NCBI GenBank assembly: GCA_964187785.1 | Contig: OZ076409.1 | Span: 19,096,001-19,160,000 of the forward strand | From: Amphiscolops sp. MND2022 | Taxonomy: Eukaryota | Length of the DNA: 64,000 bases | Reading direction: 5' to 3' | In this document: one piece after another, positions 48,634-60,510 of the stretch | How positions within the stretch are numbered: the first letter of the stretch is position 1 | Layout of the letters: every line of letters begins with the position of its first letter | The notes under the pieces: generated by a model | Told to the model about the DNA's origin: nothing | The model's input: only the letters and a program-made list of their open reading frames with translations | Database searches by the model: none | Position numbers and translations under genes: made by a program

Positions 48634-49763
48634 TGGTGACAGGAGAAAACGAATCTCCAATTGAAGCTCCTGAGTTTCTCACAGGACGAATGCCATCCAC
48701 TACTCATCTCAACAGATCCTGTGATGACCTTCCGCTGCTCGACACGACGATCCCAGCACAAGAACGACCCGCTCTGGCATCAGAACAAGACCCCATCAAC
48801 AGGCTAGCAGATGTTTTGACTAGTATGCAGAATCGTCCAACGGCCCAACAACTCACTATCCGCCCAGTCAACTCCAACACAATGACATTCGACGGAAAAA
48901 GTGAGAAGTTCGAGCTGTTTGAGGATTTATTCCATACGATGATCAAGATGCAGCCTGAGATGACCGAACAAATGAAAATCAATCACTTCCATTCCTTGCT
49001 GCGAAAGAATGCACTCCAAACATTCAGAAACATCAGCAACGCCAATAGACAAACTCTTGAAGATGTACTTGTCATTTTCAGACGAAAGTACATCAAACCT
49101 GAATCTCAGGCAACGGCAAAACACAAATGGCATCGCCTAGTCTTTGACCCCAACACGACCAAATTGCCAGACTTTCTTGAAGAGATTAACCAAGGAGCAG
49201 AAAAAGCCTTCGGAGACAATGCCCAAAAAATGATTGACAGTCTCCTATATGCAAAACTGCCACCAAAGCTCAAAAGATCAGTCAACATGGCTAGACTAGA
49301 GAATGGCTCTTACGATGAAATTGTCGCTCATCTAGAGCGAGAACTGGAACTGAATGCACTTGAAGAGTCTGACGACCTGCCCATAGCATCAATGACATCT
49401 TCGATTGGCAAGACAAAAACTGTTCCTTCCAACGTACAGATGAGTGATATAACGTGCAATTTTTGCAAAGAAAAGGGCCACATGGTCAAAGATTGCGAGA
49501 AATTGAAGAAGAAAAAAGAAAAAGATGCCCAACAAGGCAAACAGACTCAGAAAAAGACGTACCCGGAGTGTGGCAATTGTGGTAAAAAGAACCACCCGGA
49601 AGAAAGATGTTGGCAAGGTGCTGGTGCACATCTCAAACCCAAACGCACCAGACCAGATGACGCCAATGACGGTAAACCCAATCCAAAGGCTCAGAAACCT
49701 CAGACCAAACCGACATCATCGAGCTCCCAATCCTCATCCTCTAATGATGAGTCAAAAAACTAA
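48042..49763 (+). CDS. Gypsy gag (573 aa), starting inside the 5' LTR
   Basis: Capsid-like FDGKSEKFELFEDLF..HSLLRKNALQTF. Knuckles CNFCKEKGHMVKDC and CGNCGKKNHPEERC. Confidence 0.9.
   Translation: MPTTRKQKKARKSREAEMLSDIENLDIMLGGNHYNRNERSESLNSNQARRPGSPFGDEFENEDENRLSNSENNGLSPNAEPGQNSARGSSNAEINRLSSELNSRISREMDEMMNSVSVQIQRAISEAISNQVLPQIQNALMADSGHMTKERWNVPSERPEGYSEVLRNSDSRNNSKSKAHGDRQKDGFTSSDTRAYDMVTGENESPIEAPEFLTGRMPSTTHLNRSCDDLPLLDTTIPAQERPALASEQDPINRLADVLTSMQNRPTAQQLTIRPVNSNTMTFDGKSEKFELFEDLFHTMIKMQPEMTEQMKINHFHSLLRKNALQTFRNISNANRQTLEDVLVIFRRKYIKPESQATAKHKWHRLVFDPNTTKLPDFLEEINQGAEKAFGDNAQKMIDSLLYAKLPPKLKRSVNMARLENGSYDEIVAHLERELELNALEESDDLPIASMTSSIGKTKTVPSNVQMSDITCNFCKEKGHMVKDCEKLKKKKEKDAQQGKQTQKKTYPECGNCGKKNHPEERCWQGAGAHLKPKRTRPDDANDGKPNPKAQKPQTKPTSSSSQSSSSNDESKN
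49754..49760 (+). other. -1 ribosomal frameshift slippery heptamer A AAA AAC at the gag-pol junction
   Basis: gag ends GAG TCA AAA AAC TAA. The -1 frame is open from here into the pol ORF (KLTSPRLQYNQ...QLMGYPS). Confidence 0.8.
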
Positions 49764-49861
49764 CTTCGCCACGACTCCAATATAACCAATTAGTCTCTGT
49801 CCGACAATACATCAAATCGGACCCTCCAACTCAGAGCTTTCATAACTATCAGCAGCAACTG

Positions 49862-52800
49862 ATGGGCTACCCTTCTGTTGTCTGGCAGCAACAGATGGAA
49901 AAAGCTACCATTATTACCTATAATAATACCCATTTGTTCCAAAAACCAATTCCTGTATGGGACCCTGATTACACATCTGTTTTCAATAGCCGATTCAGGC
50001 CCATTCCCTTGGTAGACGACTACAATCCTACCTACATAGATCCTGACTATGGACGAGATCCCTACTGGGACACCGAACTTTATAACCAGGATTTGTTGCA
50101 ATTCCAATACGTTATTGATGATATAGAACTCTATAACAGATCAGTCCATGACAATCCACCAATCACCCATAACAAGAAAACCAGAGCATTGATTGAAACA
50201 TGGCAGATGAATGATGGTACAAGCCACCCGGTATTCCCAAACCCATTGGGGACCGAGAACCATGACAACAATACTGAGCCCATACAACAATCACTACTAG
50301 ACGAGAAACAATTCCAAAATGTCCTAATCACAAGGGACGGCGAACCAGACTGTATACCTTTGTCAACCAACATCAATCTCAAATGCAAGAAACGCATGTT
50401 GTATTTCCCAATGGACTTTGGAGAATTGACCATAGATGGACTCATCGACACTGGAGCGCTGTCCAGTGCAATTCCTGAAATGGACCTCCGGAAAATCCGA
50501 CTTTTATCTCCACAATCTGTTATCCGGGAGGGCCCGCCTCCGAATTTCCAAATAATGGTCGCTAATGGGCAATTGGAAACTCCCAAGAGTACCATAGAGC
50601 TCAAATTTGAAGTTGGTGACATCGAGTTTCACGAGATTTTCATAGTTATGGAACACCTGACAGGTCCGATCATTGGCCTAATGTTCCTTCAACGAAATCA
50701 TACAGTCCTGGACATGAGACAAGGAATACTAAACTTCCCATTCTTTTCAATGCAGCTCAAAACAGCTGATCATAAATATTCAAATGTACTAGAACCAATT
50801 CTCAACCCCACTGAAATAACCATTCCGCCAAACGACAGAGTCCTAATTAGGACCAATTCCCTACTGTATCCTGAAAACGCTGTCACTGGGATTTTACAAC
50901 CGAGCGACCTTCTACATGAAGAAGGCGACATCACCTTTTGCCCAGCTTTGGTCACTCTGAATGATGGCAACATATCGATACCTGTGAATAATTTCACAGA
51001 CCACCCCTATAAACTCAAAAAGGGACTCCATATTGCCAATTTCTCTGTCATGACGCCAGAGCAAATGAAATACGTCAAACCGGTAGACCCGGCATCAACC
51101 TGGCATTTGTTGCAAAACGACCAAGAACAAGCAGCCCATTACGTCAGTAGCCTGATCAAGGCAAACAGAAACCCACAAAACACTGAAAATTACTGGTTCC
51201 CAACTCCAGAAAACCCTGGAAATCCTGAGGAACACACACCCATACAAAAACGAATCCTTCAAGAATTACAGGCCCTACAAGACCTAGAGACTCTTGACCC
51301 CACAAAAGACGAAGAATCACGTGCAAAATTCTTAGAAAACTTTGACTGGAAAGATTCCACCCTTACTCCTGAAGAGAAGGAGAAAATAGAGGAATTGTTA
51401 GTGGAATTTCACGACATCTTTGCACGACACCGATTCGATATAGGCATGAACGAGGACTTCAAGGTGAAACTGACACCTAAGGACGATTCCCCAGCCTATA
51501 GTCAAAGTCTTCCAGCTCCTATCAATTTGAAGGAGGACATCCTAGTTGAATTAGCCATGTTACACAAATATGGCATCATCACCACTTTACCGTTCTCCAA
51601 GTATGCCAGCCCAATATTCGCCCAAAAGAAACCAAATGGAAAGCTACGACTTTTGGTTGACCTGAGAAAAATCAACAACCTCATCTCGGATGATTATATA
51701 AACAATAATCACCCTGTAAGCACCTTGGTTGATGCTGCCCAACACTTGGCAGGCAAAAAACTCTTCTGTAAATTAGACTGTTCGCAGGCATACCATTGTC
51801 TACCAATGGCCGACCAACGTTCAATTGAAATGTTGGCTTTCAATTTTGCCAGTCGCACATTCGCCTACAGACGTCTGGCACAAGGCCTTAGCCGGTCACT
51901 ATCCGCATTCTCGAGTTTTATGAGAGAATACCTGGACAAAGTCATCAAAGCGGATCAGTGTGCCCAGTACGTGGACGATATAGGCATCGCAGCAAATGAT
52001 GCTGACCACCTCATAACTAACCTGAGGGCTACATTCAAATGCATTCAGGAAGCAGGCCTTAAATTGACAATGCATAAATGTCACTTTGGTGCCAAAGAAA
52101 TTGATTTTCTCGGACGGACTATTACCCCGCAAGGCGTCAAACCCCAGAAACAAAACGTGCAAAACTTCCTGGAAAAGACCAAGTTCCCAAAGTCGAAAAA
52201 GGCTTTGCAGCGCTACTTGGGATTCTTGAATTACTACAGAAATTATGTCCCAAGACTTTCAGAACGCCTTGCCCCATTCTACAAGATGCTAAAGAGTGAC
52301 GAAAAGGTCCTGGTATCGAAAGAATTGGTCCAACAATTCGAGGAAATCAACAAAGCACTTGACAAATGTTGCGACTTGGCATTACAACAACCCATTCCGA
52401 ACAAACAAATAGCACTAATGACTGATGCAAGTTTTGGTGCAGCCGGATACGCGGTCTTAATCGAAGATGACCCGAACCAGAAATTCACGTCACTCAGAAA
52501 ATCGTATGCACCAGTCGCATACGGATCAAAAATTTTCACCCCAGCCCAGATAAAGATGTCAATTTATGCAAAAGAATTCCTTGCAATTTATTTTGCATTC
52601 AAAGAATTCGGACATATATTCTGGGGTGCGCCGAAACCAGTCATCATCCTTACGGACAACAAAGCCGTCACGAGATTTTTCCAAACGAAAATAATACCCC
52701 CAGCCCTGTGGAATGCATGTGATTATGTGATTCAGTTCAATTTTGTCATAGCACACATCCCGGGGGCACAGAATACAGCAGCTGACTATTTGTCCCGATT

Positions 52801-54967
52801 GGAGGCAGACCCGAAGGATAAATTAGTCATGAAAATCCGTGAGGATGTACAAACTTTACCAATTGAAATCAATGTCCAATCCGCAGGGGTGTCGCAAGAA
52901 GAACAAATCTTCTACACCAATGACGACGATGAGACAGAGGAACAGGCTTGGGCAAGGAAAGAAGCAATCAGGAAAAACCCAGCAATTGATGAGCCCACCG
53001 TTACTATACAAACTTTGTCAACAAATCTGGTCAAGCAACACCCCGATGTACAAGTCCGATTGAGGAAAATGAACCAGATCATCATTGAGCAATCCAAAGA
53101 TACAGTATTACAACAATTGAAGGCGAAACTCCTTCATGAAGACTATTCAGAAAACATACTGCAACAAGATGCTCGATATAGACACTATGCAAATAATTTG
53201 GAGCGAATCGTACTCAAGGACGAAATCCTGACAAGGCAATATTTTGATGAAACAGGGAATGTTAAATACCATCAAATTTTGCTCCCACATCACCTACTTC
53301 GGGAAGTGCTCCACTCCCTTCATGGGACAGCGCATAAACATCCCGGGATTTCAAAAATGTTGCAGGAAATCAGACAAAAGTATTATTACCCTAACATGGC
53401 AAAACATGTCAAAAAGTGGGTAGAAGGGTGTGAACAATGTGCAAAGGACAAACGAGTCCCAAACGCAACAATCACCCCTGAACTACTTAACTTGCCGGAA
53501 TGGGACCTTGGACCCGAAGACGCCATGCAAATCGACTTATTGCCGAATCTTCCCCCAAGTGGAGGATACGAAAATGTTTTAACTGCAATTGATGTCTTCT
53601 CTCGATACTTGTTTGCTTATCCTCTTACGGACGCATCAGCGATCAATGTAGCTAAAGCAATCATTGATATTATGACCAAACATTCTTACCTACCGACGAC
53701 GCTCATTACGGACAAAGGAACTGCCTTTACCTCCACGATCATTGCGGAAATTACACAGATTTTAGGCATTACCCTAAAATGTGCAACGACGAAACACCCG
53801 CAAACTATCGGGAAATTAGAGCGAACGCATGCCTCATTGAAAACGAACCTGAAAATGGCATGTGGGGAATATCGCCGACAATGGCATAAATATTTGCCTC
53901 TAGCAGTTCTCAATCATAACACTAGTTATCATGCCAGTATCGGATGCGAACCCACAAGAGTGTTCCATGGGAGAATCCCATACAACATATTGGATCACAA
54001 ACTTGGAATGAATCCAAATGAGCCAATCCATCCGACTACTGAATTTGCCGAAGAAATCCAGAACCGGACCAAACTCCTTATTGACAAAACAAAGCAGAAC
54101 ATCATGCAGTCATATATCAAATATAAGGAGTATTACGACCGAAAAGCAAAAGCCGCCCCACTCAAAGAGGGCGATTACTGTTTTGTATTACAGCCGAAAG
54201 CGGATCATCAAGGATCAAAAATTCCATTCAGGGATTATCGGTGGGTTGGACCGTTTATAGTCCAGAAGACCTTGCCTAATGAGAATTACATTGTCCGCAG
54301 GCTTAATACAAATAAAACGCAGATATTGCATCGAATTCGTCTCAAAAAGTTTGTTCCAAATCAGCCACTTGAAGACAATTTCCGAGAACAGCGTCTACAG
54401 CCGGATGACGAAATAATCATTCCGCAAGACGACTTGTATGTAATAACGTGGGAAACAAACTTTGGCGAACAGCTAGATACACGAGGCAGCGAGCCTATTC
54501 CGGCCAGCTTGACGAATGACGGACAGCCGAGTACGGCAGAAACGAATGCGAGTGACGCAAGCGAGAATGAAGTTGATTATGTAATCACGAGTGACGAATC
54601 AAATCTCACTGACCGCGCGTCGCATAGACGGAATGAACAACTAATTGATGACGTCACTAAAAGAAATGAAGCTACTGAAGCTATTAGAAATGAAGTATTT
54701 GATTGGCCGAATCCGGCCGTCTCCCCAAAAACCCAAGAAAAATCTTCGCCGGATATGGCAAATGGACCAAACGACGATGAAAATTTCCCAGAAAGAAATC
54801 CATCGAATGAAAGCGATGCACAAAATTCTCCAAATAGGGGGGATGATATTATCGTGCCCGAAATATCCGAAAACGATGCTAGAAATGAAAGTCTGAGCCC
54901 TAGAGGAGGGAAATATAATCTCAGGCCTAACCCTAACCCAAACTACTCAGAAGACTTCAGATACTAA
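49862..54967 (+). CDS. Gypsy pol (protease, RT, RNase H, integrase), intact
   Basis: LIDTGA, KLDCSQAY/YVDD, TDASFGAAG..KEFLAI..TDNKA, H-H-C-C zinc finger, QIDLL/TDKG/ERTHASLK. Confidence 0.95.
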   Translation: MGYPSVVWQQQMEKATIITYNNTHLFQKPIPVWDPDYTSVFNSRFRPIPLVDDYNPTYIDPDYGRDPYWDTELYNQDLLQFQYVIDDIELYNRSVHDNPPITHNKKTRALIETWQMNDGTSHPVFPNPLGTENHDNNTEPIQQSLLDEKQFQNVLITRDGEPDCIPLSTNINLKCKKRMLYFPMDFGELTIDGLIDTGALSSAIPEMDLRKIRLLSPQSVIREGPPPNFQIMVANGQLETPKSTIELKFEVGDIEFHEIFIVMEHLTGPIIGLMFLQRNHTVLDMRQGILNFPFFSMQLKTADHKYSNVLEPILNPTEITIPPNDRVLIRTNSLLYPENAVTGILQPSDLLHEEGDITFCPALVTLNDGNISIPVNNFTDHPYKLKKGLHIANFSVMTPEQMKYVKPVDPASTWHLLQNDQEQAAHYVSSLIKANRNPQNTENYWFPTPENPGNPEEHTPIQKRILQELQALQDLETLDPTKDEESRAKFLENFDWKDSTLTPEEKEKIEELLVEFHDIFARHRFDIGMNEDFKVKLTPKDDSPAYSQSLPAPINLKEDILVELAMLHKYGIITTLPFSKYASPIFAQKKPNGKLRLLVDLRKINNLISDDYINNNHPVSTLVDAAQHLAGKKLFCKLDCSQAYHCLPMADQRSIEMLAFNFASRTFAYRRLAQGLSRSLSAFSSFMREYLDKVIKADQCAQYVDDIGIAANDADHLITNLRATFKCIQEAGLKLTMHKCHFGAKEIDFLGRTITPQGVKPQKQNVQNFLEKTKFPKSKKALQRYLGFLNYYRNYVPRLSERLAPFYKMLKSDEKVLVSKELVQQFEEINKALDKCCDLALQQPIPNKQIALMTDASFGAAGYAVLIEDDPNQKFTSLRKSYAPVAYGSKIFTPAQIKMSIYAKEFLAIYFAFKEFGHIFWGAPKPVIILTDNKAVTRFFQTKIIPPALWNACDYVIQFNFVIAHIPGAQNTAADYLSRLEADPKDKLVMKIREDVQTLPIEINVQSAGVSQEEQIFYTNDDDETEEQAWARKEAIRKNPAIDEPTVTIQTLSTNLVKQHPDVQVRLRKMNQIIIEQSKDTVLQQLKAKLLHEDYSENILQQDARYRHYANNLERIVLKDEILTRQYFDETGNVKYHQILLPHHLLREVLHSLHGTAHKHPGISKMLQEIRQKYYYPNMAKHVKKWVEGCEQCAKDKRVPNATITPELLNLPEWDLGPEDAMQIDLLPNLPPSGGYENVLTAIDVFSRYLFAYPLTDASAINVAKAIIDIMTKHSYLPTTLITDKGTAFTSTIIAEITQILGITLKCATTKHPQTIGKLERTHASLKTNLKMACGEYRRQWHKYLPLAVLNHNTSYHASIGCEPTRVFHGRIPYNILDHKLGMNPNEPIHPTTEFAEEIQNRTKLLIDKTKQNIMQSYIKYKEYYDRKAKAAPLKEGDYCFVLQPKADHQGSKIPFRDYRWVGPFIVQKTLPNENYIVRRLNTNKTQILHRIRLKKFVPNQPLEDNFREQRLQPDDEIIIPQDDLYVITWETNFGEQLDTRGSEPIPASLTNDGQPSTAETNASDASENEVDYVITSDESNLTDRASHRRNEQLIDDVTKRNEATEAIRNEVFDWPNPAVSPKTQEKSSPDMANGPNDDENFPERNPSNESDAQNSPNRGDDIIVPEISENDARNESLSPRGGKYNLRPNPNPNYSEDFRY

Positions 54968-55206
54968 AGATTGAATTCTTCCCGAAAATGGGAGTTCTTT
55001 CTTATTATCTTTTTCTGTTTTTTTTAGTCCCTCTGGTATCTTTGAATAAATAATGGGACGAACGAAGGACCCCTCTCAAAATAAATACGGGGGTGAAAGA
55101 TACAAACAATGAGGAAACTGAAATCAAGGGCAAACGAAAGAATAAATACAACAAAGAAATTAACAAAGTTTACAGTTCATAAGTACATAAATACATATGT
55201 ACATAA

Positions 55207-58200
55207 TCAGGCCTTAGTGGAGGAATCTTTACTGGGGCTCCCAGCAACAGAGGAAGCAGACGATCGTGAGCCGCTCCTACCTCTCCTTCGCTTTTTACTA
55301 CTGGGAAACTTCACAGCAGACTGATCACACACTGTACTGCTCTCTCCCAAATCTTCCTGGACTGAAACCCGTTTTGGAGCAGACTCAGCCTTGCGGTAAG
55401 TAGACAAGAGGGATTTGTAAATTCCCGACCGACCGAAAGTATCCACATAGGCCCAAGGATCATAGTCGGAAGAGAAGGCAGAACGACCAAACGATGTGGA
55501 GAGAGTCGAAAATTTGGCCAGATTGGAGTCCTCGCTGCTCCGGACGACAGAACCAATGACATTAGCCATATAGCTCTGACAAGGCAGGATAAGGTCAGTG
55601 AACCGGCTCTGTCCACCAGCTGTAGTGACTCCCCCAAAGACGACATCTGGATAGCTGGGACTGGTGACGGTCGTACACAAACAGCTCAATTTGAAGAGGT
55701 ATAAGAGATGGGAACGTTCATGGAGAAACTCGAGCCCCATCAGGAACTCGATCAAATCGGCAGACGTACTGGTGATGTCAAAATCAGGCCCGTAGGCGGT
55801 CCGGAGGTGATCCAATAGCTGGATATATTGATCCCGACACTGGGACTCATTTGAATCGTCCACCCAAGATCGGACTGCGAAGCTACTGTACAACACCTCG
55901 AAATGTCGTAAGGCTACATCCATTGGCCTCTTCAGCATAATAAAGGGATCAAAAGCAGCAAGCCCCTTCACCAGATTAGTGCTGAGCCCAGTTCTTTGAT
56001 GGATCCCATTGATTACAAACTGGATGTAATGCTGGCTATCCTTGACGAAATCAGCCTTTACCGTCTCAGCAGTAGCTTGTATGGCAGCGCGCTCTGACTT
56101 CTTGCCAAAATGAAGACCTTCGGCTCTTGCTTTGCATGCGGCTGAAACTTTACTCGCTAGCTTGAGCCGGACAAGGTACTCGTCTCCTGAAAGGAAAGTG
56201 GCCTCACTCGTCTGAAAGCGCAAGAGGAGAAACCAAGCGTTTGCTAGGGGTGCAGTTTCAGGGGTGTATATACGGGAACAGAGCAGGCTGAGAAATCGGC
56301 TTACTTCTCCACACAAGTAGAAGGATGAATCGCGTCGATACTGTAAATTGACTGAAAAACTGGTGACGACTGAAAACAAAACTGTTGTCCAATTCAGGAT
56401 GATAGACCCTCACTAAGGCTGCGACAGATTATACTTACAATCGTTGACGATCCTACTGAAGAATTCCAGTTTGACGACGAAGAATTCGTCGCATATCACC
56501 GACCACTCAAAGCTCTGCACCTGGAACAAGACTATCATCAACCCTGTGGTAGAACTGGACCCTACCGATCAGATGAAGAAAATTGATCTATATTCTCATG
56601 TGGCTTAAAGGAGAAAAGATGAGATCTAACCCTTCCTCGGGATCCTTGACCTTCTTGCAATGGCGCATGTGTGGTCAGGTACCGCACCACGTTCTTCCAT
56701 TCGGCGATGAGTTCTCGACAAAGAACAGGCAAGGTTGTTACTTCGAGCTTACAACTGGTCACAGCCTGGAAAGTACAATAAAGCCACATGAGGATTCCAG
56801 ACGAATAAGATGAAAGAGCCCTATATAAGCCTATGACTCCGATGAGAGGAATGCAAGGAAACTACTTACTTTGGTAAGTTCTGGGCTGCGGAGAACCCAA
56901 TCTTCCATGAGGGACCCACCCAGAGAAACCATCAAGGCTTGAAGGACGGAGAAGAAGTCTATCTTCCCGAAAACACTATAACTCGACTTGTGCAGGAGGT
57001 TGGGCAAGCTGAAGTGTTCGAAGCGCAGACAGCTTTGAACCCCCTGTTTGTAGTACTCTGACTCGTCGATGGCCCTGGGTAATTCAGAGTGACATCCAGA
57101 ACAGGCCACGATCCCGGGTTTGGTAGATATGGCAGAGAGGAGTCGGGACAAAGACCCAAGTTCTCCTGTCACATCTGTAGTGATCTGTGAGCTGCGGCAT
57201 ATGAAGACTCTACAAAGCTCAGAGCCATTCCAGAACTTGATGGACATGTGCTTGTAGACTCCTTTGGTCTCGAACTCAAGAGCGAAGCACTGCTGAGTGT
57301 TGACATTCTCTGCTATGTCCTCAAGGCAACAGACGAAGAAGTGTTGGAAGATCGCCTAGAAACAAAACCTTTTGAAACCTTAGAAGGAATGGAACCTAAG
57401 TAGATGAAACGAACAAATGCTTACCGACAATCTCTCTTCTCCCCAATCAAAGTCGTTGAAGGTAGCCTGATGATTGGTAAATGACCCCATCCGGGACCAC
57501 AGATTTCGCAGAACCGTCAGATCTCCTTGGCTCTTGATGAAATCTCCAACCAGGCAGAGCTGAGTCTTGGTGCGAGATTCCGGGGTAACCAAGGCAGTGG
57601 TCGATCCTTTGACGAAGTCCTCATAAAAGGGGAAGCGTTCTCCTATGTCCACAAGCTCAACGTGGATAAATTTGGGCAGCTCCTTAGCCAGCTCAACTTT
57701 GGACAACAACTTCCCATTGCCACCTCTGACTCTGTGTTGCACCTTCCCTGTCACCGGATCCGTGCTCCGCAAATGCTCATAGCGCCAGCGTTGGTCGCGT
57801 CGCAGATGGCGCTCCGTTCGGTGGTGTCTCAATATCTCGTAAGGGCCCTTGGACTTGATGGAGAAGTTCTTCTTGCAGATATGACACCAAACCATATGAG
57901 GATTATGGAGTGGGTCAGCAGGGCCTGAAATGAAGGACCTGGTCCACCCAATCTTTGCGAAGAACTCTTCTCGCATAGGGACACCTCGTTTGGAGAGATT
58001 CCGGTTGCCTCTCTTCTTCTTGGACTTGGACGAACCGGCAGCGGTACGTTCTAGGACTTGGTCCCTGACTTCAAGGAGCGTGGCATCTTGACTGCTGTAT
58101 TCTGGAGTATCAGCCTGAGAATCCAAGCCAGACGGCTGCAGGACTAGCGGACCATGTGTCTCAGCGGGTTTCTTGAAGGACTTCGCTATCAAATCCAGCT

Positions 58201-59431
58201 CAGTAGCATTGTCGCTTTCCCCATAATATGAGGAATCTCCAGCGTCTTCCGAACTTGACGATCCGGCAACCCTCTCCCTTGACGTGACTTCCCCTTCAGA
58301 GTCACTCCCACTAGAGTCTCCAATACTACTGGGACCCGGTGTCTGAGCCCGCCTCCCTGCAAAGAAATGAGCAGTTCGCGATGGGGCGACAGTAGGTTTT
58401 CCACGGACTGCATCTGTGACCATTTGTTCCATGGTCGAAAAGGACCGGCTGAGAGTCTCGTCGGTGAGGACTCTAAGGAGATGGTATACCTGTGGCTCAG
58501 TAAATGACACAGTGGTATGACCTACTGGAAGTCGTACAGAGGGGGACTCGTCAAAGTATTCTTTGAGAATAGCCCGACTTCTGCCCGAGAGGTGGGGTGG
58601 TTCCCGGTGGGACTCGGCCTGTCCAGGGGCCTGTCCACTAGTACCAGGGACAAGAAGTTCCGAAACGGTCTCATCTCCTCCTTCAGTTTCAGAGGCATGT
58701 GCGAAGGGAGTGTAACCATACAAGGCTACAGGAACCACCACGCTAGATTGGTCAGTAGCTCCTTCATCCCCACTAGGGTCAGTTAGGTACCGAATTTTGC
58801 ATTCTCCTCCAGGGAGTGGGGGAGCGTCGCCAATGGATGATGCGGCATCGCAGTCCTGATGTGCCAGGGAGTCACTCTCAACGTTGGCATCGGATTGGGT
58901 AACATCCACTAGTTCAGCCAGTTGGGACCCAGAACTCTCGACCACTCGCAGAGCAGATTCTAGGGCTGACAAATTAGCTGTCGGAGTCTCCCCCATTTCT
59001 GTAACCAAAGGGGTGCTTGCCCTCCTATTCTCCCCAACGTTTGAGGCGGACGAATCCTCCTGGACGTCAGGGTCCGTACCCTGACTTGGACCGAGCTGTG
59101 TGGCTTCTTGTTGAGTTCGGTCTGATGTCTGAGAACTCTCTAGCTGTCGGACCATATTCTCAGCATAAATCGTCACGTCCAAATCACTGTCTGTACTATG
59201 AATGGAGGTGGCTTCATCGGGTCGACTTTCATTCTTCTTTCCGTCAGGATGGATGCTAGGTGTGGTTTGGGACATATCAGGATGCGGGATTTGCGATCCC
59301 ATCTCAGTTGGAAGACTAACTATCGGGACAGTTGTAGAAGGGTTGGCTGATGTGCTGGCAATTTCAGTTGTCTGATTCTCTAAACGAAAAGAGATAAAGT
59401 TTGGCGGTATGCTTCCTCGAAAAGAATCCAT
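55207..59431 (-). CDS. Antisense spliced accessory gene of the Gypsy element: disordered N-terminus, BED-like zinc finger, hAT-transposase-like C-terminus (weak)
   Basis: ORF 57380-59431 contains VWCHICKKNFSIKSKGPYEILRHHRTERH, with a donor GTAAGC near 57424. Further GT-AG exons at ~57355-56870 and ~56765-56400. ORF 55207-56379 contains SHLLYLFKLSCLC. No DDE triad recognised. One middle exon does not translate cleanly by eye. Confidence 0.55.
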
Positions 59432-60510
59432 TCTACCGCATTAGAAATCTTCCGGAAGTACTTGAGAATTTGAACAAAATGTGCTATCACGCGCTTATTA
59501 GTGGAAACAGGAAGCTTATTATGAACAAAGTCTAGCCCTGATCAAGCTAAACTAGTTCAATATATGAAAATCAGACCAACCTGTGTTCGAAGACATGTTC
59601 CCTCAGTGTTGTTGTTCCAACGGAAGTTGTTTGTGCTGAGAAGAAGATTTTGTAGAGCTGAATTGACTACGACAGGGACAAAAGGAAATCTGGGATACTC
59701 CGGAGAGAAGAGCTGGAGGAAGCAGTTGTGTAGTTGTGGACACACAAGGATGAATGACGGTTAGATAAATATAAATAGCAGAAGCAGATGTGAATGATCA
59801 GAAATGGAATTGGTTTAGAACTTTAATGTAAAGGAATTGAAGAGTTGGAGTTCGTGGCTGAAGATTATTACCAGACTAATATTATGGGATTATTTACATA
59901 TTTATTCTGTACATGGAGTCTGCCAGCGAAATGTACAAAGATTATTTCATTATTTACAACTTATGGAATTATTGGCCGGTTACGGCCGTTTACCCTATTT
60001 CGGTTCACCATCTCGTTCCATTTTGTTTATTGTCCTAATTGGGACTTCCGTTATTTTAGTTACTCAAATTGTTATTTCCGCCATTTTGAATTATTTTGAT
60101 TTATCATTTTCGCCATTTTGGTTATTCAAATTATTATTTTTCGCCATCTTTATTATTCATTTTTCAAATTTATCGGAGCTCAAATTTGATTGGCTGAAGC
60201 CATTTTAGTAGGCTTTATCTGGCGCGTGCCGTTAATTGCTATCAAGCTTGATGTTAATTACCCTCTTGAAGTGGAGTTATTTGTTGTTGTTAACTTAACA
60301 CCTCTCTGATTACCTACTTGAGAGGGTAGGCTCGGGGGGCAGCGTTCCGATATTCAAAGGGTGAACCGCCGCTGAGAAACTCCATTCAGGAAAGTTTACG
60401 ACGGATCAGACCGATTAACCAAAGATTCTGCCGCTGAAACGAAACCCCGGGAAAACGGCCCGAGTCGGCCTGAGGAGAGTTTTATAAATTCATTCAACTT
60501 TGAATCTTAC

